The notes: a model not told the origin generated them from the letters alone. 63,489 nucleotides of DNA from an uncultured Candidatus Planktophila sp. (GCA_964576165.1 CAZNUC010000001.1:1-63489); one strand, 5' to 3'. Positions 40,086 through 51,090 are shown, numbered from the stretch's first letter. Program-made: numbers and translations.

Positions 40086-40865
40086 ATGTCGACCACATCC
40101 GCTGGTCGCATGCCGCTTCTTGAACATCTGCGTGAATTTCGAAAGCGCGTTGTTCGCAGCGCTCTTGCGATCCTATTATTTGCTGGAGTCGGCTGGTACT
40201 TCTATACCGATATCATCACAAATCTAGCGAGCCCGGTCTGCGATCTCGAGCTTGCCCGTGAAACGGGTTCAGATAATTGCGGGGCTCTCACGATTAGCGG
40301 TGTTCTTGGGCCACTCAATCTTCAAATTAAGATTGCGATTCTGACGGGGATTCTTCTTGCAGCACCGATCTGGCTCTACCAAATGTGGGCATTTATCGCG
40401 CCAGCTCTGCATAGAAAAGAGAAACGGAATTCGATTCTCTTCATTATCGCAGCCACACCCTTCTTCTCCTTTGGGGCGTATTTTGGGTACACGATTCTCC
40501 CCATGGCGATCAAGGTTCTCTTTGGCTTCACTCCAGATGCGCTCAACAACTTGGTGATTTTTGATGACTATTTAGATTTTGTAACTAAAGTGATGTTTTT
40601 CTTTGGCTTAGGATTTGAATTACCCGTCTTTCTCTTAGCGCTCAATTTTGGTGGCGCGCTGAGCGGTCGCGGAATATTGCGACCCTGGCGATTCTGGATT
40701 TTTGGCATCACACTCTTTGTGGCTGGATTCTCACCAAGTCCTGATCCTCTCTCAATGATTGCCCTCGCCCTTCCGCTCATCGGTCTCTACCTCCTTGCCG
40801 GTTTGATCGCACTTGCTAATGATCGTCGCCGAGCAAAGAAGGCGAACCGTGCTGCGCTTTTGTAA
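40086..40865 (+). CDS. tatC: Twin-arginine translocase TatC
   Basis: MPLLEHLREFRKR, YQMWAFIAPALH.KE, FELP, PDPLSM. Confidence 0.96.
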   Translation: MSTTSAGRMPLLEHLREFRKRVVRSALAILLFAGVGWYFYTDIITNLASPVCDLELARETGSDNCGALTISGVLGPLNLQIKIAILTGILLAAPIWLYQMWAFIAPALHRKEKRNSILFIIAATPFFSFGAYFGYTILPMAIKVLFGFTPDALNNLVIFDDYLDFVTKVMFFFGLGFELPVFLLALNFGGALSGRGILRPWRFWIFGITLFVAGFSPSPDPLSMIALALPLIGLYLLAGLIALANDRRRAKKANRAALL

Positions 40866-40886
40866 TAGTAATTCTCATGAGGAGTT

Positions 40887-43262
40887 ATGAGTACTCCAGC
40901 AGAACGGATGGCAGCATCAAAGGCTAGAGGGTCGCATCCGATAACCGTTGAGTTCTCGGAATCATTTGATTTTCCACTCGATGAATTTCAGATCAGGTCT
41001 CTTCACTGCGTCGAAGACGGGAATGGACTGTTAGTTGCTGCTCCAACTGGTGCGGGTAAGACGGTAGTGGGTGAATTTGCGGCGTACTTAGCGTTGCGAA
41101 AAGGTAAGAAATGTTTCTACACCACGCCGATAAAAGCACTTTCAAATCAGAAATTCACTGAGTTTGTTGCAAAATTTGGCGAAGAGAATGTCGGCCTTCT
41201 TACAGGAGATACCAACATCAACTCTGAGGCACCCGTTCTTGTAATGACCACAGAAGTTCTGCGAAATATGCTTTACGCAGGCTCCTCCTCTCTCACAAAC
41301 TTGCAGTCAGTTGTCATGGATGAGGTGCACTATCTAGCGGATAAGTTTCGAGGCGCTGTGTGGGAAGAAGTCCTCATTCATTTGATGGAATCGGTGCAGG
41401 TGATTTCGCTTTCGGCGACAGTTTCTAATGCCGAAGAGTTCGGGGAATGGCTAGGAACGGTTCGAGGCAAGACTGATGTTATCGTTTCAGAAATTAGACC
41501 AATTCCTTTATATCAACATGTTCTGATCGGCAATCGCCTCGTGGATCTCTTTAAAGAGACAGGAAAGATCAATCCTGAGCTACTTGCACTCGAACGTGAG
41601 TCGATGCGTAAGATTAGGGTGCCTCGTCACCGCAGAGAAGGTTTTGATGAGAGCGAGAGCAAGCTCTCGCGACCTGAGATCATAGAAACTCTTGATAGAC
41701 AGGGTCTTTTGCCGGCAATTACCTTTATCTTTTCTCGTGCTGCGTGTGATGCTGCAGTCAATCAGTGTTTATCTTCCGGACTTCGCTTAACCAACACTGC
41801 TGAACGTGAAGAGATTCTTCTGACCGCATCACGATTAAACGAACATCTTGCTCCTGAAGATTTAGATGTACTCGGATATAGCCAATGGCTTCAAGCTCTT
41901 GAGCGGGGAATTGCAGCCCACCACGCCGGTCTTTTGCCAAGCTTTAAGGAGACCGTTGAAGATCTTTTTAAGCGCGGGTTGGTGAAAGCCGTCTTTGCCA
42001 CCGAAACCTTGGCGCTGGGTATCAATATGCCAGCAAAGACTGTGATCTTAGAAAAATTAACAAAGTGGAACGGGGAAGCGCATGTTCCTATAACTCCGGG
42101 GGAGTACACACAATTGACGGGTCGCGCCGGTAGGCGTGGAATAGATATTGAAGGAAATGCGATTGTGCAATGGTCACCAACAACTGATAGTGCAATGGTT
42201 GCAGGGTTGGCTTCAACTCGAACTTACCCACTTCGTTCATCCTTTGCCCCTACTTACAACATGGCAATTAACTTGATTAATCGTTTCGGACGTGAGCGCG
42301 CACGTGGAAGTCTCGAGTCATCATTTGCACAGTTCCAAGCCGACAGAGCTGTTGTGGGTCTTGTGAAGCAGATCAAAAAAAATGAATCGGCAATTCAAGA
42401 CTTAATGCAGGATGTCAATTGTCACCTCGGAGATTTCGCCGAATATGCCCGTATGCGCAGTGATATCAAGGAGATCGAACGGCTTCTCTCCAAACGGGAT
42501 GCCCGGAGAACGATAGATCAAAAGCAGCGTCGTTTCCTTGAGTCAGAGATAGAAGGTTTACGAAAAGGACTTCGGTCTCACCCATGTCATCCCTGTAATG
42601 ATCGAGAATCTCACGCACGAATTGCAGAGCGCGCTGAGCGTGTGCGACGCGAATCCGATGGCTTGCGGGCCCGAGTTGAGAATAGAACACACGTCATTGC
42701 AAAGACATTTGATCGAATCTGTGATGTTCTCACCCATCTAAACTATATTGAAGGGGAAAAGACGTTAGAGCAAGGAAAGATTCTTGCAAAGATCTATGCA
42801 GAGTCTGATCTCTTGCTCACCGAGGCTATACGTAGAGGAGTTCTGGACCAACTTTCTGCTCAAGAGCTAGTCGCTGTTGCATCTGCTGTTATTTTTCAAT
42901 CTCGCACCACTGAGAATTACGCTCCAAAGATGCCGCATAACAATGTGGCCCAGGCTCTGGTTTCCATTGTCTCAATATGGAATGAGCTTGAAGAGATCGA
43001 AGAACGTTTTGGGGTACAGACCCAGCGCGAGCCTGACTTTGGATTCGCATTTATTTCTTATAAATGGGCTCAAGGAAACTCCTTGCAAAGCGTTCTTAAA
43101 GGTAGTGACTTAGGGGTGGGAGATTTCGTCCGATCGATTAAACAGATTATTGATCTGCTCACACAAATTGCGGGTGCAAGCCCGGCGCTCCGTAAAACAT
43201 GCCGCGAAGGTATCGCACGTTTGGATCGAGGGGTAATCTCCTATATGTTGGAGGATCTATGA
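40887..43262 (+). CDS. helY: Ski2-like DEVH-box RNA helicase HelY
   Basis: APTGAGKT, MDEVH, LSAT, QLTGRAGRRG, DSHCT-like C-terminus. Confidence 0.93.
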   Translation: MSTPAERMAASKARGSHPITVEFSESFDFPLDEFQIRSLHCVEDGNGLLVAAPTGAGKTVVGEFAAYLALRKGKKCFYTTPIKALSNQKFTEFVAKFGEENVGLLTGDTNINSEAPVLVMTTEVLRNMLYAGSSSLTNLQSVVMDEVHYLADKFRGAVWEEVLIHLMESVQVISLSATVSNAEEFGEWLGTVRGKTDVIVSEIRPIPLYQHVLIGNRLVDLFKETGKINPELLALERESMRKIRVPRHRREGFDESESKLSRPEIIETLDRQGLLPAITFIFSRAACDAAVNQCLSSGLRLTNTAEREEILLTASRLNEHLAPEDLDVLGYSQWLQALERGIAAHHAGLLPSFKETVEDLFKRGLVKAVFATETLALGINMPAKTVILEKLTKWNGEAHVPITPGEYTQLTGRAGRRGIDIEGNAIVQWSPTTDSAMVAGLASTRTYPLRSSFAPTYNMAINLINRFGRERARGSLESSFAQFQADRAVVGLVKQIKKNESAIQDLMQDVNCHLGDFAEYARMRSDIKEIERLLSKRDARRTIDQKQRRFLESEIEGLRKGLRSHPCHPCNDRESHARIAERAERVRRESDGLRARVENRTHVIAKTFDRICDVLTHLNYIEGEKTLEQGKILAKIYAESDLLLTEAIRRGVLDQLSAQELVAVASAVIFQSRTTENYAPKMPHNNVAQALVSIVSIWNELEEIEERFGVQTQREPDFGFAFISYKWAQGNSLQSVLKGSDLGVGDFVRSIKQIIDLLTQIAGASPALRKTCREGIARLDRGVISYMLEDL

Positions 43263-44164
43263 CACTGATGCTTTTAGATAGTGGATCGCTTTGGTACCGA
43301 GCGTATTACGGGATGCCTGACACCCTTACCGCCGCTGACGGAACACCAGTAAATGCAATTCGTGGGTTTCTAGATATGAGTGCTCGCCTGATTACTACCT
43401 ACAATCCAAATCGCTTAGTTGTCTGCCTCGACGGAGATTGGCGCCCGTCATGGAGAGTAGAGCTCTTTCCTGGCTATAAGGCCAATCGTTTAGAAGATGA
43501 AGAGAGCGAAGAAGAGGCCGAACCAGATACTTTGACGCCACAGATTCCAATCCTGCTTGATCTTCTTGATGAGTTCGGTATCGCAATGGTCGGCGTAGAT
43601 GATTTTGAAGCAGATGATGTGATGGCGACGTATGCTCATACGCTCCCAGGACCGACTCGAATTGTCACTGGGGATCGCGATCTCTTTCAATTAGTAGACG
43701 ATGCACGAGATATAAAAGTCGCCTACCTTGCCAAAGGAATTTCGGCGCATGATCTTGTTGATCTGGCATTCATTTCTCAGAAGTACTCGATCCCCGGTGA
43801 TCGTTACGCCCTCTTTGCAACATTTCGTGGTGATGCCTCAGATGGACTCCCTGGAGTGAAGGGGATAGGTGAAAAAGGAGCAGCGCTTATTGCTTCGCAC
43901 TTTGCCACCATTGATGATGCAATCAGCGCTGCTCACGATTCAGATCAGCGTCTTCCTGCAGCCCTTGCACGAAAGATTATTGCGGGGGAGCAGTACTTAT
44001 CTGTTGCTCCAACGGTAGTTAACTGTGCACGCAACGTTCCACTTCCTCAGATTGAACTCGCGATTCCAGCAGCTCCTAGCGATCTCTCTCGCATATATGA
44101 ACTCAAGGATAAGTATTCACTCGGAGCCAGTGTCGATAGATTGATCTCTGCACTGAAGTGGTGA
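43259..44164 (+). CDS. Stand-alone 5'-3' exonuclease / flap endonuclease (PolI N-terminal-like)
   Basis: NAIRGF, YKANR, EADDV, TGDRDL, GDASDGLPGVKGIGEKGA. Confidence 0.92.
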   Translation: MTLMLLDSGSLWYRAYYGMPDTLTAADGTPVNAIRGFLDMSARLITTYNPNRLVVCLDGDWRPSWRVELFPGYKANRLEDEESEEEAEPDTLTPQIPILLDLLDEFGIAMVGVDDFEADDVMATYAHTLPGPTRIVTGDRDLFQLVDDARDIKVAYLAKGISAHDLVDLAFISQKYSIPGDRYALFATFRGDASDGLPGVKGIGEKGAALIASHFATIDDAISAAHDSDQRLPAALARKIIAGEQYLSVAPTVVNCARNVPLPQIELAIPAAPSDLSRIYELKDKYSLGASVDRLISALKW

Positions 44165-45546
44165 TCGTGCTCGCAGGCCTTGCCTTTGCCTCCTCATTTG
44201 AACCGCTAGGTTGGTGGTTTGGCGCACCATTGGGTTACGCACTCCTCTTAAGAAAACTAGTTGCATCATCTAGTACACCAAAACTCTATCTTCAGGTCTT
44301 TCTCTTTGCCTTTATTAGCGCGGGAGTGACTCTTATCTGGGCTGGAAAGTATGTGGGCCTTCTTCCGCTCTTCTTTCTTGCCTTACTCCATGGACTCTTC
44401 TATCTTCCGCTTGCCACACTAAGGCGCTACACAGGGAATATTCTTTGGTTCATCCCAGCGATTTTACTTATTGAAGAGATTCGCGCCCGTTTTCCATTCT
44501 CTGGATTTTCATGGATGCGTATCGCATTTTCTCAAGCCGATTCACCCTACCTATCGATTGTCTCTATCGGGGGAGTGACTCTCCTCTCACTATGGGTTTT
44601 GATAATTTCTTATCTACTCACTGCAGTAAGTTTGAGAAAAATTCTTGTGATGCTTCTGGTTATCTTCGTGCCAACATTTTTGTCCAATTCCTATTCTCCG
44701 ACAGGAAAAATTTCATATGCGGGGATACAGGGAAATACTCCATCTGTGGGAATTGGATTTAACGACCGTGCACAGGCGGTTTTTAATCTCCATGTTTCGA
44801 CAACGATGGATCTGATTTCAGGGCAACCCGATGTCATAATCTGGCCGGAAAATTCGATCGATGTTGATCCATATATGAATTCAGATGTGTTAAGTGCGAT
44901 CGAGAGCGTGACTGTGAAGTTTTCAGCGCCGCTTATCGCTGGAGCTGTCACTCGAAATACTGGTCAACTTGAGAATGTCTCGATTATGTATAACGTCGGT
45001 GGGGAAGTGGTCTCGGTCTATTCCAAGCAATATCTGACGCCCTTTGGCGAGTACATTCCTCTGCGAGGAATTGCACGAATTGTTTCTCAGTATGTTGACA
45101 ACGTTTCAGATTTTTCAAGCGGAAAGAGTGTTGACCTTCATAACATTAATTCAATGAACATCGCTCCTGTAATCTGCTATGAATTGCTCTCTGACTCACT
45201 AGTAAGGAATGCAGCGCAGAAATCTGAAGCCCTTGTGGTTCAAACAAATAGCGCTACATTTTCGGGAACATCAGAGAGTGCCCAGCAACTTGCGATCACT
45301 CGGGTGAGAGCGGTTGAAAATGCTCGTGAAATAGTAAGTATTTCTACGATCGGAATTTCGGCGCACATCGATATCAATGGAAATGTACTCAGCCGTACCG
45401 ACGAAAATGTTCAGGCCATCTTAGAAGGTGATCTGCAAGGTGTTTCAAATACCACGCTCGCATCACGCCTTGGTACATTGGCAATGCCGCTGACCCTTGT
45501 CCTGAGCCTTTTCCCACTTATCATGCGTAGAATACGTAGATCATGA
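44158..45546 (+). CDS. lnt: Apolipoprotein N-acyltransferase
   Basis: TM N-terminus, IQGN, WPENS, K.YLTPFGEYIP, ICYE, RAVEN. Confidence 0.93.
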   Translation: MVIVLAGLAFASSFEPLGWWFGAPLGYALLLRKLVASSSTPKLYLQVFLFAFISAGVTLIWAGKYVGLLPLFFLALLHGLFYLPLATLRRYTGNILWFIPAILLIEEIRARFPFSGFSWMRIAFSQADSPYLSIVSIGGVTLLSLWVLIISYLLTAVSLRKILVMLLVIFVPTFLSNSYSPTGKISYAGIQGNTPSVGIGFNDRAQAVFNLHVSTTMDLISGQPDVIIWPENSIDVDPYMNSDVLSAIESVTVKFSAPLIAGAVTRNTGQLENVSIMYNVGGEVVSVYSKQYLTPFGEYIPLRGIARIVSQYVDNVSDFSSGKSVDLHNINSMNIAPVICYELLSDSLVRNAAQKSEALVVQTNSATFSGTSESAQQLAITRVRAVENAREIVSISTIGISAHIDINGNVLSRTDENVQAILEGDLQGVSNTTLASRLGTLAMPLTLVLSLFPLIMRRIRRS

Positions 45547-46292
45547 AGTTTGCAATCCTGATACCGACCTACAACGAATCAACATCGATTCCTGAGTTGA
45601 TAGATTCTCTTGCCCAACTTCGCCAGACAAGGGAATTCGATTTTGATGTTCTTGTCATCGATGACAATTCTCCTGATGGAACGGCGCAGATTGTTCAGGC
45701 GATGGGCTACGAGTGGGTGCGCCTACTTAAGCGACCTAGTAAAGATGGTTTAGGCAATGCCTATCGTGCAGCATTTGTCGATATCCTGGCGACACCACAA
45801 TACGACCAGATCGTCACCATGGATGCCGATGGTTCACATCGTGTTGCAGATCTTCCGCTGATGTTTCGTGCTGCGCGACCTGGTCTCTCGATTGTCCTTG
45901 GAACTCGCTGGATCAAGGGTGGCAGTGTTGTGAATTGGCCAAAAAGTCGACAGCTACTCTCGCGGTCTGGAACCCGATACGCATCTCTCGCGCTAGGCAT
46001 CAATCTTGCCGATCTCACAGGAGGATTTAGGATCTATAGCCGAGAGCTACTCAACGCACTTAATCTCCATCAAATGAGCGCCACTGGATATTGTTTCCAA
46101 ATCGAGATGGCTCTGGCAGCTCATTTAGCCGGCGCTCGTGCGACCCAGGTTCCGATCACCTTTGTAGAAAGAATTAACGGCGTATCGAAGATGAGCAGAG
46201 CAATAGTCATTGAGGCGATGATCCAGACAACGCGCTGGGGTTTTACTCGTAGGCTCAGACCTTACGCCGATAAGTTACATTATGTAAAGTAA
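45543..46292 (+). CDS. ppm1: Polyprenol-monophosphomannose synthase (GT2)
   Basis: IPTYNE, DDNSPDGT, MDADGSH, DLTGGFR, GYCFQIE; coupled to lnt. Confidence 0.92.
   Translation: MKFAILIPTYNESTSIPELIDSLAQLRQTREFDFDVLVIDDNSPDGTAQIVQAMGYEWVRLLKRPSKDGLGNAYRAAFVDILATPQYDQIVTMDADGSHRVADLPLMFRAARPGLSIVLGTRWIKGGSVVNWPKSRQLLSRSGTRYASLALGINLADLTGGFRIYSRELLNALNLHQMSATGYCFQIEMALAAHLAGARATQVPITFVERINGVSKMSRAIVIEAMIQTTRWGFTRRLRPYADKLHYVK
46263..46290. other. dif: dif site (XerC/XerD chromosome dimer resolution site)
   Basis: TACGCCGATAA-GTTACA-TTATGTAAAGT: 11-6-11 layout, right arm 9/11 identical to E. coli XerD arm TTATGTTAAAT, left arm of actinobacterial GCCGATAA type; at gene-orientation switch. Confidence 0.85.
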
Positions 46293-46318
46293 CTCTGAAA
46301 TACGCTCCCCGCGAAGGG

Positions 46319-49165
46319 CTAGGCGTAATCAGAGATTGGCGCGCAGCTACAGACCAGATTCCGATCTCCATGTGCGCCATCAATGCGACCCACAGGTGGC
46401 CAATATTTCATTCGTTGTCCGATGATCTCACCGCTCACAAGACCATCGAGTGCCGCTGGGTAACCACCTAACTCACGAGAATAGCCGCGATTCCATTGAT
46501 CTCCGGCTGTGATTCGCGCTGTATGGGGGGCCCAACGCAGAACGCTCTCTTCAATGGCAATCACGCCGTCGATTACCTGTTGGATTTCGCCCCGGATAGC
46601 GAGCATTGCATCGATGAAGCGATGAATCTCGTTCAAATCCTCTGACTCTGTAGGTTCAATCATCAGTGTTCCGGCCACCGGGAAAGACATGGTTGGTGCA
46701 TGAAAACCGTAATCCATCAATCTCTTTGCAATGTCATCCACGCTCACACCACACTGAGCAGTTAATGGTCTAATGTCGAGAATACATTCGTGCGCAATAC
46801 GTCCATTAGCACCCGTATAAAGGATTGGGTAAGCATCTCCCAAACGCGCAGCGATGTAGTTGGCTGAAAGTATGGCGACGTGAGTCGCGTGAGTGAGCCC
46901 TGCTCCTCCTAATAAACGAATATAGGCCCAGGAAATTGGCAAAATACTTGCCGAACCAAATGGTGCACCTGAAACAGGACCAGGACCGCTCTCTGGGCCA
47001 GCGTTCTTATCAAGTGGATGATTAGGTAGAAACGGTGCAAGGTGTGCGCGAGCAATCACAGGTCCTACGCCTGGTCCCCCACCACCATGAGGAATAGCAA
47101 AAGTCTTATGAAGATTCAGGTGAGAAACATCAGCACCAAATTTTCCTGGTTGTGCCGTTCCGACAAGTGCGTTGAGGTTGGCTCCATCTACATATACCTG
47201 GCCACCCGCTTCGTGTATCAGTGCGCAGATATCTGAGACCGCAGATTCAAAGACACCGTGGGTGCTCGGGTAGGTGATCATCAACGCCGCTAACTCGCTA
47301 CCATGAAGTGCAATTTTTGCCTTAATGTCTGCAACGCTGACATTTCCCTGCTCGTCACATTCAATGACAACAACCTTCATACCCGCCATTACCGCACTCG
47401 CAGCATTTGTTCCATGAGCACTTGAAGGTATGAGGCAGATTGTTCGGTGCTGATCGTTTCTTGAATCATGATAATTGCGAATTGCGAGTAAGCCCGCAAA
47501 TTCGCCCTGACTTCCAGCATTTGGTTGCAGAGAAACAGCGTCATATCCGGTGATAGCAACTAGCCAATCCGATAATTCGGCAATCAACTGGCGCGATCCA
47601 ACTGATTGATCAGCAGGTACAAATGGATGTAGCCCAGAGAACTCAGGCCATGAGACAGCTTCCATCTCAGTGGCAGCATTAAGTTTCATGGTGCACGAAC
47701 CTAGCGGAATCATTGTGCGATCGAGTGCGAGATCACGATCGGCTAGGTTTCGTAAGTACCTCATCATGGCAGTCTCTGAATGATGAGAGTTGAAAACTGG
47801 ATGTGTCAGATATTTCGAAGATCTGCGCAACTCAGATGGAATTTCTTGCGCTTTGCAATCCTCAAGACTCAAGACGTTAAGTACTTTTGCGAAGATTTCT
47901 TCCGTTGTTGTTTCGTCAAAGGAGATACGAATAGCGGTTGATGAAACGTGTGCAAAATTAAGTCCAGCGTCATTGGCTCTTTTGTGGACGATCGAGGCAT
48001 CTGGCACATCTACGGTTACTGTGTCGAAAACATTATCGTTTCGGGAATGAGATGCCTGTTGCAAACGTGATGCGAAGGAGTGAACTCTCTCTGCAATTGC
48101 TTGCAATCCACGTGGACCATGCCACATGGCATAGAAGGCGCTCATATTTGCTAGTAGCGCTTGAGCAGTACAAATATTTGATGTCGCCTTATCGCGTCTA
48201 ATGTGTTGCTCACGTGTTTGTAGTGCAAGACGAAAGGCTGGATTTCCTGTGTTATCAATACTTTGTCCAACAAGGCGGCCAGGCATTGAACGCTCTAAGC
48301 CAGATTTGACTGAGAGGAAACCAGCGTGAGGGCCACCAAATCCCATTGGCACACCAAAGCGCTGAGATGTTCCGACGGCGATATCTGCCCCCCACTCCCC
48401 TGGCGGTGTGATGAGAGTTAAGGCGAGAAGATCAGTCGCTGCAATCATGAGCGCACCACGCGAGTGCACGTACTTCGCAAATTCGCTGTAATCAATAATC
48501 TCACCAGTGGTATCTGGGTACTGAACAATCGCTGCAAAGAATTCCCCGTCGTAGCCTTCTCGAGCGACGTGGCCTGAGTCAACTTCAACAACAGTGATCC
48601 CAAGGGGCTTAGCCCGTGTTGCGATGACAGCCTTAGTTTGCGCATGCAGATGCTCTTCGATGAGGAAGACCGCTTCATCTGGCGCTTTCGATGCTCGGCG
48701 CGCGAGAGTCATTGCCTCCGCTGCGGCTGTCGATTCATCAAGCATCGAAGCATTGGAAATATCTAATCCGGTAAGTTCACAGACCATCGTTTGAAATGCG
48801 AAGAGAGCTTCTAGTCGACCTTGTGAAATCTCTGGCTGATACGGCGTGTAAGCGGTGTACCAGGCGGGATTCTCTAAAACATTTCGCTTAATCACCGAAG
48901 GAACATTGGTGCCGTAATACCCGCTGCCGATGAGGGAGGTTAAAACTTTATTCTTAGATGCGCGGGCTCGTAGCTCCTCGAGAACTGCGACCTCGCTGAT
49001 TCCAGAACCAATTGCCTTCTCAATGACACCAGAGATTGCAATATTGGCTGGCAGAACATCCGATATGAATGCACTGAGGCTTGTATAGCCAAGTGCCTTC
49101 AGCATTGCTAATTCGTCGCTATGCGTTGGACCGATATGGCGGTCTTCGAATCCAGAGATACTCAT
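46319..49165 (-). CDS. gcvP: Glycine dehydrogenase (glycine cleavage P protein)
   Basis: [42 protein letters not shown]. Confidence 0.98.
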   Translation of the reverse strand: MSISGFEDRHIGPTHSDELAMLKALGYTSLSAFISDVLPANIAISGVIEKAIGSGISEVAVLEELRARASKNKVLTSLIGSGYYGTNVPSVIKRNVLENPAWYTAYTPYQPEISQGRLEALFAFQTMVCELTGLDISNASMLDESTAAAEAMTLARRASKAPDEAVFLIEEHLHAQTKAVIATRAKPLGITVVEVDSGHVAREGYDGEFFAAIVQYPDTTGEIIDYSEFAKYVHSRGALMIAATDLLALTLITPPGEWGADIAVGTSQRFGVPMGFGGPHAGFLSVKSGLERSMPGRLVGQSIDNTGNPAFRLALQTREQHIRRDKATSNICTAQALLANMSAFYAMWHGPRGLQAIAERVHSFASRLQQASHSRNDNVFDTVTVDVPDASIVHKRANDAGLNFAHVSSTAIRISFDETTTEEIFAKVLNVLSLEDCKAQEIPSELRRSSKYLTHPVFNSHHSETAMMRYLRNLADRDLALDRTMIPLGSCTMKLNAATEMEAVSWPEFSGLHPFVPADQSVGSRQLIAELSDWLVAITGYDAVSLQPNAGSQGEFAGLLAIRNYHDSRNDQHRTICLIPSSAHGTNAASAVMAGMKVVVIECDEQGNVSVADIKAKIALHGSELAALMITYPSTHGVFESAVSDICALIHEAGGQVYVDGANLNALVGTAQPGKFGADVSHLNLHKTFAIPHGGGGPGVGPVIARAHLAPFLPNHPLDKNAGPESGPGPVSGAPFGSASILPISWAYIRLLGGAGLTHATHVAILSANYIAARLGDAYPILYTGANGRIAHECILDIRPLTAQCGVSVDDIAKRLMDYGFHAPTMSFPVAGTLMIEPTESEDLNEIHRFIDAMLAIRGEIQQVIDGVIAIEESVLRWAPHTARITAGDQWNRGYSRELGGYPAALDGLVSGEIIGQRMKYWPPVGRIDGAHGDRNLVCSCAPISDYA

Positions 49166-49216
49166 CCCGCCACTCCCCCGTTTGATTACGGGGAAATATT
49201 AGGCTATCTCTCTGCT

Positions 49217-49720
49217 TTATGCGCCTTTAGCTTTGCGTCGCAGAGAGAGTTCATCATCACTATCAACTCGAGTCATCTGACCATCAACTTCGCCTTGAAG
49301 GTTAGCAAGTGAACCTTCCACCTCATGCCAAACTTTTCCAACAGCGATACCGAATACACCTTGTCCTCCAGCCAAGAGATCAACGATCTCATCTGGACTT
49401 GCACATTCATAGATAGATGCGCCATCACTCATTAAGGTGATGCTTTCAAGTTCTACAACTCCGCGATTACGAAGGTGATTGACAGCAGAGCGAATATTCT
49501 GCAGTGAGATTCCAGCATCAAGCAGACGCTTAACAATTTTAAGTACGAGAATGTCGCGGAAGCCATAAAGTCGAGAAGTTCCAGAACCCGTCGCACTTCG
49601 AACGCTAGGTTCTACCAATCCGGTGCGCGCCCAGTAATCGAGTTGACGATATGAAATTCCAGCGGCAGAACAGGCGGTAGCGCCGCGATAACCAATCTCA
49701 GGCGTGGCTGGGGAGGACAC
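49217..49720 (-). CDS. MerR-family regulator (Rv1830/McdR-like)
   Basis: GYRG..AC..AGISYRQLDYWARTGLV.PS; start inferred at GTG 49720. Confidence 0.9.
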   Translation of the reverse strand: MSSPATPEIGYRGATACSAAGISYRQLDYWARTGLVEPSVRSATGSGTSRLYGFRDILVLKIVKRLLDAGISLQNIRSAVNHLRNRGVVELESITLMSDGASIYECASPDEIVDLLAGGQGVFGIAVGKVWHEVEGSLANLQGEVDGQMTRVDSDDELSLRRKAKGA

Positions 49721-49799
49721 GGAAAACTCTTCTCTCTTGGGGATGAGCTCAAATATACGCTGGGGATAGGGGTGAAACAATGACCGACACGATGCAAAC

Positions 49800-49816
49800 C
49801 TCAAGTAAAGAGTGAG
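49800..49816. promoter_or_regulatory. Putative MerR-family (FtsR-like) operator
   Basis: CTCAAGTAAAGAGTGAG imperfect palindrome upstream of the MerR gene; same TCAA-N7-NTGA layout at 51594-51610. Confidence 0.55.
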
Positions 49817-49818
49817 AC

Positions 49819-50358
49819 TTATCCAGCGAAATCCTCCGGATTGATCTGGTCAAGGAAATCGCGGAAAGCATCCAGATCGGCGTTAGCCGCATCGATTGGC
49901 TGCCCCTTCTCGTCCATCTCTTGGATGAGCCGTTCAGGTATCTCGATTCCAACCTGCTCGAGTAACTCGCGCGAGGCGAGGATATTGCTCTGGCTACGAA
50001 GAGCCAGGGCGATCGCATCAGATGGACGAGCCGAGATGGCTAGAGCTGCATCCTCGCTCGTACGGATCTGCAGAGTTGCGAAGAAGATTCCATCACGCAA
50101 GTGAGTGATCTGAACGGCCAACAATGTGGCATCGAGAGTGTGCAAAATATCGCGCATGAGGTCATGGCTTAAGGGCCGGCTCGGATTTATCCCTTGCTGG
50201 GCGAAGGCTATAGATGTCGCTTCGGTCGCACCGACCCAGATTGGAATAAAACGATCTCCATCAATTTCTTTCAAGAGCACTATCGGTTGATTTGAAGGCA
50301 TCTCAATTCGAACACCCACAACTTCCATACTGATAAAGGGAGTGCTCTCAGCGTTCAT
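49819..50358 (-). CDS. Bifunctional nuclease family protein (DUF151, Rv1829-like)
   Basis: PIVLLKE, IPIWVG..EA..I, RPLSHDL, ARPSDAIALAL. Confidence 0.92.
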   Translation of the reverse strand: MNAESTPFISMEVVGVRIEMPSNQPIVLLKEIDGDRFIPIWVGATEATSIAFAQQGINPSRPLSHDLMRDILHTLDATLLAVQITHLRDGIFFATLQIRTSEDAALAISARPSDAIALALRSQSNILASRELLEQVGIEIPERLIQEMDEKGQPIDAANADLDAFRDFLDQINPEDFAG

Positions 50359-50367
50359 GAATTGAGT

Positions 50368-51090
50368 CTAACGCGGACGATTCAATCCTGCTCGGACAAG
50401 GCCAGCATGCAATCTGATCGAGAGAGCGGCGATCTCCTTGGAGACTTCCTCTGCTCTCGCCTTTGAATCACTACCCTTTTGTCGATGCAATGGAGTAACA
50501 ACTTGTTCAATCAGACCGATTTCACGATCCGCCGCCGATTTAAATGAACGCAGGTGGCGTGGTTCGATTCCAAAGGCAGACATCTGAGCAACTGCTGTTG
50601 CTACCGATAGCGCGTCAGCGTCATAGTGTCGTCCACGAATTGTGATGAGGCCAAAGCTCTCAAGCTCTGTCAACGCGCCATCGCTCAAACCAGAAGCGCT
50701 TACCAACTCTTCTCGAGAAAGGCGCATCTCTGGCGATGGAGCAAAGTTTGCAGCAGAGAGTTCGCCATCAACGGTGGCAAGTCCTAAGGCCGGTCGAGGT
50801 GCTGCAGCGCCACCGACTGTAGACGGCTCTAGCCCACGGTCCATTGCATCAAGGTTTTCCTTTATGACGCGAAGAGGTAGGTACTGATCGCGTTGAGCGA
50901 GCAGAACATAACGAAGACGTTCAAGATCAACGCTGGTGAATTTTCTATATCCGGAAGGAGTGCGTTGTGGTTCGATCAATCCCTCAGATTCGAGGAAACG
51001 AATCTTGGAGATCGTCACATCTGGGAAATCCCCACGCAATTTTGACAAAACTTCACCAATACTTAGGTACGCACGGGCTGGAACGCTCAC
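50368..51090 (-). CDS. ftsR: MerR-family regulator FtsR/Rv1828-like
   Basis: LSIGEVL..L..DFPDVTISKIRFLESEGLI.P.RTPSGYR; syntenic between garA and DUF151. Confidence 0.85.
   Translation of the reverse strand: MSVPARAYLSIGEVLSKLRGDFPDVTISKIRFLESEGLIEPQRTPSGYRKFTSVDLERLRYVLLAQRDQYLPLRVIKENLDAMDRGLEPSTVGGAAAPRPALGLATVDGELSAANFAPSPEMRLSREELVSASGLSDGALTELESFGLITIRGRHYDADALSVATAVAQMSAFGIEPRHLRSFKSAADREIGLIEQVVTPLHRQKGSDSKARAEEVSKEIAALSIRLHAGLVRAGLNRPR

Noticed and set aside
36331-43262. Cas4-like nuclease + two WYL proteins + helicase as a CRISPR or anti-phage system
   Set aside because: No repeat-spacer array; this is the standard actinobacterial trmI-pafBC-tatAC-helY neighbourhood
46306-46320. 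Small CCC-GCGAA-GGG hairpin between ppm1 and gcvP
   Set aside because: Stem too short and no U-tract to call a terminator
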